From: Abditibacterium sp.
GTDB taxonomy: Bacteria > Armatimonadota > Abditibacteriia > Abditibacteriales > Abditibacteriaceae
Length of the DNA: 64,000 bases
Assembly (NCBI GenBank): GCA_965199495.1
Contig: CBDASK010000003.1
Coordinates: forward strand, 4,384,001 to 4,448,000
Direction: 5' to 3'
Positions within the stretch are counted from its first letter, which is position 1, and each line of letters begins with the position of its first letter. The translations under genes and the position numbers were made by a program. Positions 39,341-48,825 of the stretch are shown in pieces. The notes under the pieces were generated by a model that was not told the DNA's origin, ran no database searches, and worked only from the letters and a program-made list of their open reading frames with translations.

Positions 39341-40441
39341 ATGAAACTCAACTCTTCTTCTCATCTCCAAAAACTGGTCGCCGTGACAATTGCGTCCTCC
39401 ACCCTTTTCGCGGTCACTGACCGCGCTCATGCCTTCACCAGTGCCGATGCCGACACCGCTGTGGACGCCTATCTCAAGAATTTTGTGCGCTCGGAAGGCG
39501 AAAACTCCTTCATCAAGGGCAAACAGGACGGCGGCAATACGGGCTTCTGGCAGGAAATCGAACAAGTCGAGGGCATCGAGGACGCCAATGACCGCACCGG
39601 TGGCGCCTACAAAACTCAGGTGACCGCTCTGCTCAACGGATTCATCAAGGAACATGGCAGCAATTGGTCAAACAACGACTTCAACGATGACATCTCCTGG
39701 GCCGTCATCGCTTATGTGCGCGGCTATCGGGCGACGGGCGACAAAAAGTTCCTCAACATCGCGCAAAGCAACTTCGATATGATGTTCGCGCGCGCTTGGG
39801 ATCCGGCTAAGGGCGCGCTTTTTTGGAAGACTGACAACAAAAGCTACAACTCCTGCATCGAGTGTCCGGCGGGCATCGCCGCCTTTTTGCTCAGTCAGGA
39901 ACTCAAGGATTCGAGCTACGAAACCAGAGCGCGCAACCTCTACAACTGGAACAAAGCGAATTTGTTCGATGCCCAGACCGGCGCGGTGTTGGATTCGGTC
40001 AGCACAGCCGGCAAAATGAACACTTGGTCGAGCACCTATAATCAGGGGACATTCGTCGGTCTGGCCAACTTTCTGGGCGAAACAGCCACCGCGAAGCTGG
40101 CGGCGGACTACACCATGAACAAGATGGGCAAAGCCAACGCGAGCGGGTTTATGATCCTGCCGCAATACAACGCGGGCGGCGGCGACCTCGCGGGCTTTCA
40201 TTCCATCGGACTGCGCTGGATTTCCAAGTTCATGAAAGATAACAAGCTGGAAGCCACCTATTTGCCGTGGTTGCAGGCCAACGCCGATGCCGCATGGGAG
40301 ATGCGGCGCACTTCGGATAATCTGGGATGGAATCGCTGGCTCGAACCTACGCCCCAAAACGACGTGCTGCATTCGTGGGATGCCATCAGCACGATGGTGG
40401 CATTGCAAGTCGTGCCTACTGATAAAAAACCCCAACCTTGA
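39341..40441 (+). CDS. GH76 alpha-1,6-mannanase family protein
   Basis: Motifs FNDDISW (catalytic DD) and TYNQGTFVG; signal peptide. Confidence 0.9.
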   Translation: MKLNSSSHLQKLVAVTIASSTLFAVTDRAHAFTSADADTAVDAYLKNFVRSEGENSFIKGKQDGGNTGFWQEIEQVEGIEDANDRTGGAYKTQVTALLNGFIKEHGSNWSNNDFNDDISWAVIAYVRGYRATGDKKFLNIAQSNFDMMFARAWDPAKGALFWKTDNKSYNSCIECPAGIAAFLLSQELKDSSYETRARNLYNWNKANLFDAQTGAVLDSVSTAGKMNTWSSTYNQGTFVGLANFLGETATAKLAADYTMNKMGKANASGFMILPQYNAGGGDLAGFHSIGLRWISKFMKDNKLEATYLPWLQANADAAWEMRRTSDNLGWNRWLEPTPQNDVLHSWDAISTMVALQVVPTDKKPQP

Positions 40442-40474
40442 AGCACGACTGACCTCCGTCAACGATAACAACCT

Positions 40475-42058
40475 ATGAAAGAATTCCATTCTTTATCGGC
40501 GCTTTTGTGCCTCGGTCTGCTCGCAGCCCATGCTTGCGAGGCCGCGCCAGCCGTTTCGGTAACAGTAGCCACGGCGCCCGCCCAGAACGGCGAAACCAAC
40601 GTGCGCGCTTTCGGCGCGCGCGGCGACGGTAAAAATTTGGATTCTCCGGCCATCAATCGCGCTATCGCCGCCGCGTCGGCGGCGGGCGGTGGCACGGTGC
40701 TGTTGCCAGCAGGAACTTATCTGTCGGTTTCGATTCATCTGCAAAGCAATATCCGCTTGCATCTCGAACCCGGCGCGATTCTGCTGGCGGCACCGCGCAC
40801 CGCGACACAGCGTTACGACGCCGCAGAAGAGAACGCTTCGACCGAGTTTCAAGATTTCGGTCACAGTCACTGGCAAAACAGCTTCATCTGGGGCATCGGA
40901 TTGGAAAATGTCACCATTGACGGGCCGGGCGAAATCTATGGCAAAGGCTTGATTCGGGACGACAATGGCGCCAAGAATGATGGCGAAGGCAACAAGGCCA
41001 TTGCTCTGAAAAATTGCCGTAACGTCAACCTCAGCGACTTCACGATGCGGCACGGTGGCTGGTTCGCTATTTTAGCGACGGGCGTAGATAATTTCACAAT
41101 TGACAACCTCAAGCTCGACACCAACCGCGACGGCATGGACATAGATTGCTGTCGCAACGTGCGCGTTTCCAATTGCAGCGTCAACTCGCCCGGCGATGAC
41201 GGCATTTGTCTGAAAAGTTCGTTCGCCTTGAACGAAGCGCGCGCGACCGAAAACGTGACGGTTTCCAATTGCTTCGTGAGCGGTTATAAAGAGGGCACGC
41301 TGCTCGACGGCACGCGCGTTTATGATTACAAGCAACCCGCGACGGGCACTGGCCCCAGCCCAAACGGGCGCATCAAGTTCGGCACGGAATCCAACGGCGG
41401 CTTCAAGAACATCACGATTTCCAATTGTATTTTCGAGAAGTGTCGCGGCTTAGCCCTCGAAACCGTGGATGGCGGATTGCTGGAAGACGTGACGATCAGC
41501 AACATCACCATGCGCGATGTCAACAACGCGCCGATTTTCCTGCGTCTGGGAAGCCGGATGCGCGGCCCCAAAGATACGCCCATCGGAAAATTGCGCCGCG
41601 TTAATATCTCGAATCTGGTGGTTTACAATGCCGACAACGCTCACTCGTCCATCATTAGCGGCATTCCCGGCAACCCGATTGAAGACGTGACGCTGAGCAA
41701 TATCCAAATTTGGGGCAAAGGCGGCGGCACGAAAGAACTGGCCGCCATCGAGCCGCCCGAAATGGAAACCGGTTACCCCGAACCCTACAAAATGGGGCAG
41801 TTTCCTTCTTACGGTTTTTATCTGCGTCACATCAAAGGGCTAACAATGGATAATATCCAGATTCATTCGCTCGCGGATGACGCGCGCCCGCCGTTCGTTC
41901 TCAACGATGTGAATGACGCCGATTTCTTCCGCATCAAAGCGCAACGCGCGGCGGGAATTCCGGTTTTCGCCGTGAAAAATTCTTCCAATTTTTCCGTTCG
42001 TATGGTAAATGGAACTCAGGACAAACAATCAACGGCTCTTTACAACGGGAATTTCTAA
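40475..42058 (+). CDS. GH28 family protein, paralog B
   Basis: Motifs DFGHSHWQNS, TNRDGMDID, GDDGICLKS and RIKFGTES. Confidence 0.9.
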   Translation: MKEFHSLSALLCLGLLAAHACEAAPAVSVTVATAPAQNGETNVRAFGARGDGKNLDSPAINRAIAAASAAGGGTVLLPAGTYLSVSIHLQSNIRLHLEPGAILLAAPRTATQRYDAAEENASTEFQDFGHSHWQNSFIWGIGLENVTIDGPGEIYGKGLIRDDNGAKNDGEGNKAIALKNCRNVNLSDFTMRHGGWFAILATGVDNFTIDNLKLDTNRDGMDIDCCRNVRVSNCSVNSPGDDGICLKSSFALNEARATENVTVSNCFVSGYKEGTLLDGTRVYDYKQPATGTGPSPNGRIKFGTESNGGFKNITISNCIFEKCRGLALETVDGGLLEDVTISNITMRDVNNAPIFLRLGSRMRGPKDTPIGKLRRVNISNLVVYNADNAHSSIISGIPGNPIEDVTLSNIQIWGKGGGTKELAAIEPPEMETGYPEPYKMGQFPSYGFYLRHIKGLTMDNIQIHSLADDARPPFVLNDVNDADFFRIKAQRAAGIPVFAVKNSSNFSVRMVNGTQDKQSTALYNGNF

Positions 42059-42216
42059 TTGAGTTCGATTAATCTTGAGTTTTCAAGGTTTTGGAATCTG
42101 GCAATTCTGTAAAAACGCGTTGACAGCCTACCCAAATAGAGCGAGTCTCAATGAAATGCCGTCTTTGCTGTGAATTTGAATTTGGGCGAAGTACGCCTTA
42201 TTCTGCGAGTAAAACC

Positions 42217-42298
42217 TTACGGGCGGACGCCTACTTTGTGTCAACTATCGGTCATCAAGCAAGCGAAGAAACTGTGCAAAAGTTACCTTCGCTTTCAA
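42217..42298 (+). pseudogene. tnpA: Relic of an IS200/IS605 Y1 transposase C-terminus
   Basis: LRADAYFVSTIGHQASEETVQK, then after one extra base YLRFQ; resembles the WxxGYFVSTVG...YxxxQ pattern. Confidence 0.7.
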
Positions 42299-42325
42299 AT
42301 CTCCGTTGTCTGCGGTGGAGATGCT

Positions 42326-44455
42326 TTATTTGGTGTTGATGACCAGTTTTTTCCCTTTTACCAATTCATGATGAGGGATAAAGTAGCCGTTGATTTTCTG
42401 CTTGTCATAAGAGATTCCAGTGATTTGATCACCCGAATGATTTTTAACAATCGTGCAACTGACCTTGTCTCCCAACCTGAGTTCGACTTTGTTGAAAAGG
42501 GGGACAGAGACGATATAATCGTCGTTAGCTGGTGAAAATGGATAAATACCAATGGCATTGAAGACATACCATGAAGACATTTCACCGGCATCATCCATTC
42601 CGGCGTAAGCCAACTTGTCTTTACCCATGTCGTAGAAACGATCCATAATCTCGTTTAACAGGGCTTGAGATTTTTCCTGCTTGCCCACGAAATAATACAT
42701 GAACGGGGAGCTGTGATCGGGCTGATTTCCGTGGCAATATTGCCCAATAAAACCCGAAAGGTTGTCCGCTTCTGGCCCCGTATAAGGGATAGTAAAGAGT
42801 TGATCTAACTTTTTCTCGAAGTCATCCTTACTTTTGAAAAGCCCAATCAAGCCATTGACATCGTGAGGCGCGAAAAACGAGGATTGCCACGCATTGGCTT
42901 CCCGATACATATATTCGTAATAGGGATATTCGGGGTCGAAGTTCTTAACCCAATCGCCGTTCGCCAATCGTCCTCTCATGAATTCAGTTGATGGATCGAA
43001 CACATTTTTAAAGTTCTCCGTTCGCTTCATCAACATCTGGTAATTATCAGTGTCGTTCAGCGCCTTAGCCAGTAACGCTACTGCATAATCGTCATAAGCG
43101 TATTCCAAGGTCTTGGTAACTCCGGCATTCGCTTTTGTGGCAACAACGGGGTTTGCCAGGTCAGGCTCTGAGATATAGCCTTTCTCCATATATTCAGTGA
43201 TATGGGGGCGGGGGCCACCTTCAATGGTCGCATTCCTCAAAAGCAGGTTGTAAGCACTCTTAACATCGAACCCTCGGATTCCTCTTACATACGTCCCTGC
43301 AATGTAAGGAGCGGCATGATCCCCATGAAAGAAAGTGGGCATGAATCCCGTTTTTTCGCCTTTATCAATCAAAGACTTGATGACATCAACACTCACGGTT
43401 GGAGTCAGCATTCCCAACAAAACGAGCTTGTTTCGATAGTCATCCCACAAAGAGGGATCGGTATAATAACGGAAGCCTTTGTTGACAACTTTCCCGCTTT
43501 TATCGGTGAAATCGCCGTTGGCATCGCTTCGGAGCGCGGGCCAGAGAAAAGAGCGGTAAAAGCAGGAATAAAAGAGTCCGCGCTGGCGCTCAGTGCCACC
43601 CGTCACCTTGATTTTCGACAGCAAATTTTGCCATGTTTGGGTTGCCTCTTTTCGCACCTGAGAGAAGCTCTTTCCCAAGATTTCTCGCTTCAGGTTCTCT
43701 TCGGCATTAGCGACGCTGACGAACGAAAAGCCGATTTGTAATTCCAGAGGCTGAGGGGAATCAACGAAATTGACAACGGATATTTCTTTTTTGCTCGACT
43801 TCAATGATTCAATGTTTTTTATCTTATGATTTGAAGTCGCATAAAAATACATTGTGTCGCCGGTCTGCTGAAAACCCGTGAAAGTATTTTCCCCTTCCTG
43901 ATGGATTTCCCATTTCTTAACGCCCTCATTGGAAGTCGCCAGGTCTGCAACTAATTTTTGATCCGTCGGATTTTTGAACGTATATTTATGGAAAGCACAT
44001 CGCAACGTGGAAGTTAACTCGGCATTGATAGCGTATCTTTCCAGATAGACCTGATAATAACCGGGGTGCGCGGACTCGTTTTTATGGCTGAACGCGGAGC
44101 TAAAATCATCGGGCGCAATGTTCCCGGTCGCGGGCATCAACGGGATATTGCAGAGATTCCAGTGCCCTTTACTGGTATGGGCGAAGCCCTGAATAACGCG
44201 ATCTTCATATTGATAGCCGGAGCCACTATGAAACTTGGTGACTGGCGTGAGTTGCACCATCGCATTGGGAAGAGACGAGCCAGGGAAAACCTCTGCGCCC
44301 CAGGTTCGGTGAGTTGGCGTATAACCGATATCGGTTTTGTCCCACAAGGTCGCCGTTCCCAACAACGGATTCACATAATCTGTTGACTGTTTTTTAGCCT
44401 GTGCAGCCGTCGCTACGCACAAAAGCAAGCCAAGAGAAGCAAAAATCGGTTTCAT
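42326..44455 (-). CDS. GH92 alpha-mannosidase family protein, markedly AT-rich
   Basis: Start at MKPIFASL (signal peptide). Motifs YVNPLLGT, SLWDDYR, TKTLEYAYDD, GQYCHGNQP and DDAGEMSSW. Confidence 0.92.
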   Translation of the reverse strand: MKPIFASLGLLLCVATAAQAKKQSTDYVNPLLGTATLWDKTDIGYTPTHRTWGAEVFPGSSLPNAMVQLTPVTKFHSGSGYQYEDRVIQGFAHTSKGHWNLCNIPLMPATGNIAPDDFSSAFSHKNESAHPGYYQVYLERYAINAELTSTLRCAFHKYTFKNPTDQKLVADLATSNEGVKKWEIHQEGENTFTGFQQTGDTMYFYATSNHKIKNIESLKSSKKEISVVNFVDSPQPLELQIGFSFVSVANAEENLKREILGKSFSQVRKEATQTWQNLLSKIKVTGGTERQRGLFYSCFYRSFLWPALRSDANGDFTDKSGKVVNKGFRYYTDPSLWDDYRNKLVLLGMLTPTVSVDVIKSLIDKGEKTGFMPTFFHGDHAAPYIAGTYVRGIRGFDVKSAYNLLLRNATIEGGPRPHITEYMEKGYISEPDLANPVVATKANAGVTKTLEYAYDDYAVALLAKALNDTDNYQMLMKRTENFKNVFDPSTEFMRGRLANGDWVKNFDPEYPYYEYMYREANAWQSSFFAPHDVNGLIGLFKSKDDFEKKLDQLFTIPYTGPEADNLSGFIGQYCHGNQPDHSSPFMYYFVGKQEKSQALLNEIMDRFYDMGKDKLAYAGMDDAGEMSSWYVFNAIGIYPFSPANDDYIVSVPLFNKVELRLGDKVSCTIVKNHSGDQITGISYDKQKINGYFIPHHELVKGKKLVINTK

Positions 44456-44984
44456 AATAGGGGTGTCGTCCGTAAAAATCAGGACAAATTCAAGGCAAAA
44501 AGCTGTGACCTTGGAGCAACAGGTGAACGAACTCTTGTCGAGCTTTATTCTCAATCGGTTGACTCTCCAAATATAATTATACTTATTTTTACACACGCTT
44601 CGCTGTTCGCAAACACTCCTTGGAGATTCCGCATTGGTTGTTTAAGTCTATCCCCAACACCGCGCGGTCTTTTGAGCGTGGTGACGCTTATTCTTACCAA
44701 TCGCCGCCAGCGCAGTAGGCGTGGCCGCAACAGTCTTTGGAGCGTGGTCAGGAGTTAATTTCCTGTAAAATAAAACCTTACTTGCGGCGCTGACAATCAC
44801 GGGGCCGAGCGACAGTCAGGGCAACGCGCTCCAAACCGTTTTGTCTGATAATCTTCAACTTCATAGCGCAGGGCGCCCCGCTTTATGGCGCGATTGATTA
44901 TCAATTGATCTCTAAGATTGGTAACGGCACCTCTCGCGTCATTTTGAAGTGATATTCGATTTGCGCCGCAAGATGAGGAAAAAT

Positions 44985-45941
44985 ATGGGACGAATTATCG
45001 AAGGTAGCGCACCGGAATTACGCATGGCGTGGGGCAGTCACAATGTTTGGAAGGCCGGGCAGGAACACGAAGGGCCAGTTCATGCCCACACGATTTGGTT
45101 GCTGCTTTATGGCCACGCGCAGGTCAGCGACGGCTCACGAATATGGAAAGTGCGTTCCGACCATATTTTGTTGTGGCCCTATAATAAGCATCGCCACATT
45201 CGCGCGCTGAGCGATTCGGCGTGGCTCTCGATTGGAATCGCGCCTAACGCGCCGGGGCAAACTGATATTCTGCGGCTTTTGCCGTTGCCCGCCACCCATT
45301 TGTTGGAAGATGACGAAAATCGTCTGCTTCGCTCATGGTTCAGTCAGATCGTTGAACTGCGAGAAGCGCAGTCGCTGGCTTTGTTGATGGACTCGCCCCA
45401 TTATGGCAATCAAGACATCACGCAAATCCTCGGCGTGCGCCATGACATCGTCTCGCAGCGCCCGCACGAAATATGGATGGAACACGTCGTCGCCGAGCGC
45501 GCTTCTTTTTATGACATCGTCGAGCAGGGACTGGCTCAAGCCATCGTGGCGTGGTGCTGGAAAATATGGGGCAAGGGCGATTTGCAGCACGCCCTGCTCA
45601 GTCAGTTTCCGCCGTGGCTGCAAAGCACGCTGGAACGTATCGGCGAAAACCCCACGCTTTCAGTTCACGATTTAGCGCGCATCGCGGGCTTTAGCCCCGC
45701 CCATTTTCGCCGTTTGTTCCACCTCAATATGGGCCAGTCGCCGCGCGACTATCTGCAACACCAACGCCTCGAACTCGCCAGAAAGCTGCTCGAAACAACT
45801 TCGCTCCCGATTTCCGCCATCGCAACCCAGACCGGTTTTGCCAGCGTGCCGCACTTCACGCAAAAATGGAAAACGGCGCACGGCTCGCCGCCGCATCAAT
45901 ATCGTTTGTCGCATCACAGAGCAGAAACACGGAATTTCTAA
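44985..45941 (+). CDS. AraC/XylS family regulator, copy 2
   Basis: Near-identical to 31460..32416 and the same length (318 aa); GAGGA lies upstream of the ATG. Confidence 0.92.
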   Translation: MGRIIEGSAPELRMAWGSHNVWKAGQEHEGPVHAHTIWLLLYGHAQVSDGSRIWKVRSDHILLWPYNKHRHIRALSDSAWLSIGIAPNAPGQTDILRLLPLPATHLLEDDENRLLRSWFSQIVELREAQSLALLMDSPHYGNQDITQILGVRHDIVSQRPHEIWMEHVVAERASFYDIVEQGLAQAIVAWCWKIWGKGDLQHALLSQFPPWLQSTLERIGENPTLSVHDLARIAGFSPAHFRRLFHLNMGQSPRDYLQHQRLELARKLLETTSLPISAIATQTGFASVPHFTQKWKTAHGSPPHQYRLSHHRAETRNF

Positions 45942-45947
45942 AACGAA

Positions 45948-46020
45948 GAGCGAAAACCGTTATTTCATGAGCTTTACCCGTTAAATAGCGCGTTTGAAAT
46001 AACGGTATTGAGGGAATACT
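45948..46020 (+). promoter_or_regulatory. AraC-type tandem half-sites plus promoter for the DUF1559 gene
   Basis: GAGC at 45948 and 45969 (21 bp apart); GTTTGA at 45992, then N14 and GGGAATACT. Confidence 0.6.
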
Positions 46021-46051
46021 TAATAAAGCATTCTGGCTTAGAGGCATTTCC

Positions 46052-46870
46052 ATGCAATATACACAACAATCTCAAATTCTGCAACGTGATAGAAGAAATT
46101 TTTCAGCCTTCACACTTATCGAGCTTCTCGTTGTGATCGCGATCATCGCCATTCTCGCGGCGATTCTGTTTCCTGTTTTCGCGCGTGCCCGTGAAAACGC
46201 ACGGCGCAGTTCGTGCCAATCGAACTTGAAGCAAGTTGGGCTGGCATTTTTGCAATATAGCCAAGATTACGACGAATATTGTGTTCCGATTCGCAATGGC
46301 GGTGGCAGCACTTCTTTTCACTGGGCTTGGCATATCATCATGCAGCCTTATGTCAAGAGCCGTCAGATTTTCGTGTGCCCCAGCAATACTACGGATGCTC
46401 TTGGTCAACCAAGCCTGTTGTCTTACACTTATAACCTGCACGCGGGTGGCCCCAATGCTCCAAGAACTCTGGCTTCGATTGTCAACAGCGCGCAAATGCC
46501 TGTGGTGATCGATGCTTCTGGAACTTCCCTTCCTAATCGGGCGCACTTGGTAAACGTTCTGGATGCGAACAGACAACGCGGACGCAAAACCGACTGCGAC
46601 AACGAGGGACAATGCCCTGGCGGAGCTGGCGATTCCCTCGGCGCCACCATTAAAGCTTTGACGCACTTCGATGGCGCGAATTACCTTTTTGTGGACGGCC
46701 ACGTCAAGTTTTTTCGTGCCGTCGTTGGAACTACGACGGCACCACTGCCTTATGTTGGTGGTGTGCCTGCAACTTCCAGCCCCCAATTTCTCGCTTCACC
46801 GCCGAGACTCGGCATAGATTGGGATGGCGATGGCATTGTTGGTGACAGTTCGGATAACATTTGGAAGTAA
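46052..46870 (+). CDS. DUF1559 prepilin-type protein with H-X9-DG motif
   Basis: [15 protein letters not shown].., YSQDYDE, CPSN and [16 protein letters not shown]. Confidence 0.93.
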   Translation: MQYTQQSQILQRDRRNFSAFTLIELLVVIAIIAILAAILFPVFARARENARRSSCQSNLKQVGLAFLQYSQDYDEYCVPIRNGGGSTSFHWAWHIIMQPYVKSRQIFVCPSNTTDALGQPSLLSYTYNLHAGGPNAPRTLASIVNSAQMPVVIDASGTSLPNRAHLVNVLDANRQRGRKTDCDNEGQCPGGAGDSLGATIKALTHFDGANYLFVDGHVKFFRAVVGTTTAPLPYVGGVPATSSPQFLASPPRLGIDWDGDGIVGDSSDNIWK

Positions 46871-46956
46871 TAGACCGAGCCAGCACCCCCGGCCTTTATT
46901 GGGTCGGTGCCCCTTGAGTTACGGCATGACTCTGCTGTGATTCGGGTGACAACCGT

Positions 46957-46979
46957 TATGATAGCCGCACTAACGTTAA
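46957..46979 (+). promoter_or_regulatory. TATGAT plus LacI-type operator core CTAACGTTAA upstream of the MFS gene
   Basis: Core differs by 1 nt from CTAACGTTAG at 55774. Confidence 0.5.
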
Positions 46980-47014
46980 TCTTGATAACCTTTTAGGGAA
47001 TTTCCACCTCACTT

Positions 47015-48706
47015 ATGTCATCAGTCCAACCCTCCACGCAACCAAGTGACGCGATTAACGACTCCGCATCACCAAAAGGACGTTTGGCTTCGGTGGGCCG
47101 TTATCGCTGGGTTATCTGCGCGCTGTTATTTTTCGCCACCACGATCAACTATGTTGACCGTCAGGTGCTGGGCATTATCGCGCCGACTCTGCAAAACGGC
47201 CCCGCGCTGTTCACGCCCGCGATGATTGACGACGCGCCCGCGTTGGCGAGCGCGCTGCAAACACCAGCCACGCCGACTGCGCGTTTAATCCAGTCGCGGC
47301 TTTCGCCTGCGACAATTGCGGCCTTGGGCAACAGTCAGGGCGACGCGCTCAAGACCGCGTTATCCGACGATCTCAACCGCATCGCGGCAGGCGCGCCGCT
47401 TTATAGTGCGGCGAGTTTCGACCGCGCGCAGTTTTCGGCGCATTTGCAGGGACAGCTCGAAAAGTATCAGAAAAAACCGCCCAAAGGCGAAGAAGCCACG
47501 CGCATCAATCACTGGATTATCGAGGAATCGTTCCCCAAAGCTATCGTCACCAGTCTGCGCTGGAGCGACGTGGAATACGGCTATATCAATTCGGCGTTCT
47601 CCTTCGCTTATGCCATTGGAATGCTGCTCGTCGGCGGATTGTTGGATCGGTTCGGCGTGCGCATGGGCTATGCTGCGGCGCTTGTCGTGTGGAGTCTGGC
47701 GGCGATGGGACACGCGTTCGCGGGTTCGGCGTTTAGTTTTGGCGTGGCGCGTTTTGCTCTCGGTCTGGGCGAATCGGCCAACTTTCCCGCCGCGATTAAA
47801 ACCGTCGCCGAGTGGTTTCCCAAGAAAGAACGCGCGCTCACGACCGGCATTTTCAATTCCGGCTCCAATATCGGCGCCATCGTCGCGCCGGTCGCCGTTC
47901 CGGTTATCGCGCTGGCTTACGGCTGGCGCGAGGCGTTCGTTATCACCGGTTTGTTGGGATTGTTGTGGCTCTTTTTCTGGCTGCCGATTTACCGCGAACC
48001 CGAAGAGCATCCCAAAGTTTCGCCCGCAGAACTCGCTTACATTCGCAGCGATCCGGCTGACCCGCAGGAGAAGATTGGGTGGGGACAATTGTTGGGTTAT
48101 CGCCAGACGTGGGCGATTCTGGTGGGCCGCATGATGACCGAGATTCCGTGGTGGTTTTATCTGTTCTGGGGCGCGAAATTTCTCGATACGCAATTCGGCG
48201 TCAGCCTGAAACAGGTCGGCTTGCCGCTCATCGTGATTTACGTGATGGCCGATGTCGGCAGCATCGGCGGCGGCTGGCTGTCATCGGCACTGCTCAAGCG
48301 CGGTTGGAACGTCAACGCCGCGCGCAAAACCGCGCTTTTGGTGTGCGCGCTGTGCGTGTTGCCGGTGACGTTCGCGCCTAAAGTCGGCAGTCTGTGGGGC
48401 GCCGTGGCTCTGATCGCGCTGGCGGCGGCGGCGCATCAAGGTTGGTCGGCGAACTATTTCACGCTCGCTTCGGATATGTTCCCGCGCCGCGCGGTGGCTT
48501 CAATTGTCGGCATCAGCGGCTTTTTCGGCGCGATGTCGAATGTCGTCGGCCAAGCGGCGATTGGTAACGTGTTGGACAAAAACGGTGGCAACTACACGCC
48601 GATTTTCGCGCTGTGCGGCATCGCGTATCTGGCGGCAGTAGGCGTGGTGCATTTTATGGCGCCCAAACTCGAACCCGCGCAAGTGCGGGCAGTTCGCGAT
48701 TCGTAG
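47015..48706 (+). CDS. exuT: MFS hexuronate transporter (ExuT-like) with a ~118-aa insertion after TM1
   Basis: Motifs RYRWVICALLFFATTINYVDRQ, GESANFPAAIKTVAEWFPKKERA and AAHQGWSAN. Confidence 0.88.
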   Translation: MSSVQPSTQPSDAINDSASPKGRLASVGRYRWVICALLFFATTINYVDRQVLGIIAPTLQNGPALFTPAMIDDAPALASALQTPATPTARLIQSRLSPATIAALGNSQGDALKTALSDDLNRIAAGAPLYSAASFDRAQFSAHLQGQLEKYQKKPPKGEEATRINHWIIEESFPKAIVTSLRWSDVEYGYINSAFSFAYAIGMLLVGGLLDRFGVRMGYAAALVVWSLAAMGHAFAGSAFSFGVARFALGLGESANFPAAIKTVAEWFPKKERALTTGIFNSGSNIGAIVAPVAVPVIALAYGWREAFVITGLLGLLWLFFWLPIYREPEEHPKVSPAELAYIRSDPADPQEKIGWGQLLGYRQTWAILVGRMMTEIPWWFYLFWGAKFLDTQFGVSLKQVGLPLIVIYVMADVGSIGGGWLSSALLKRGWNVNAARKTALLVCALCVLPVTFAPKVGSLWGAVALIALAAAAHQGWSANYFTLASDMFPRRAVASIVGISGFFGAMSNVVGQAAIGNVLDKNGGNYTPIFALCGIAYLAAVGVVHFMAPKLEPAQVRAVRDS

Positions 48707-48796
48707 AGACACCGATTTATCGTGTCTAAAACGTAAATGAACTCGTAAATTTAGTGGGGTATGAACGTTTTAGACACGATAAATCGGTGTCTCTAC
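48703..48796. repeat. GTAG-type REP doublet whose GTAG supplies the MFS stop codon
   Basis: GTAGAGACACCGATTTATCGTGTCTAAAACGT ... ACGTTTTAGACACGATAAATCGGTGTCTCTAC. Confidence 0.9.
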
Positions 48797-48825
48797 AACA
48801 GCAAATTCCCATCTATAAAAAAACC

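Noticed and set aside
44667..44835. Degenerate TTTGGAGCGTGG / CGCGCTCCAAA repeats suggesting another REP family
   Set aside because: The matches are short and imperfect, so no element can be delimited.
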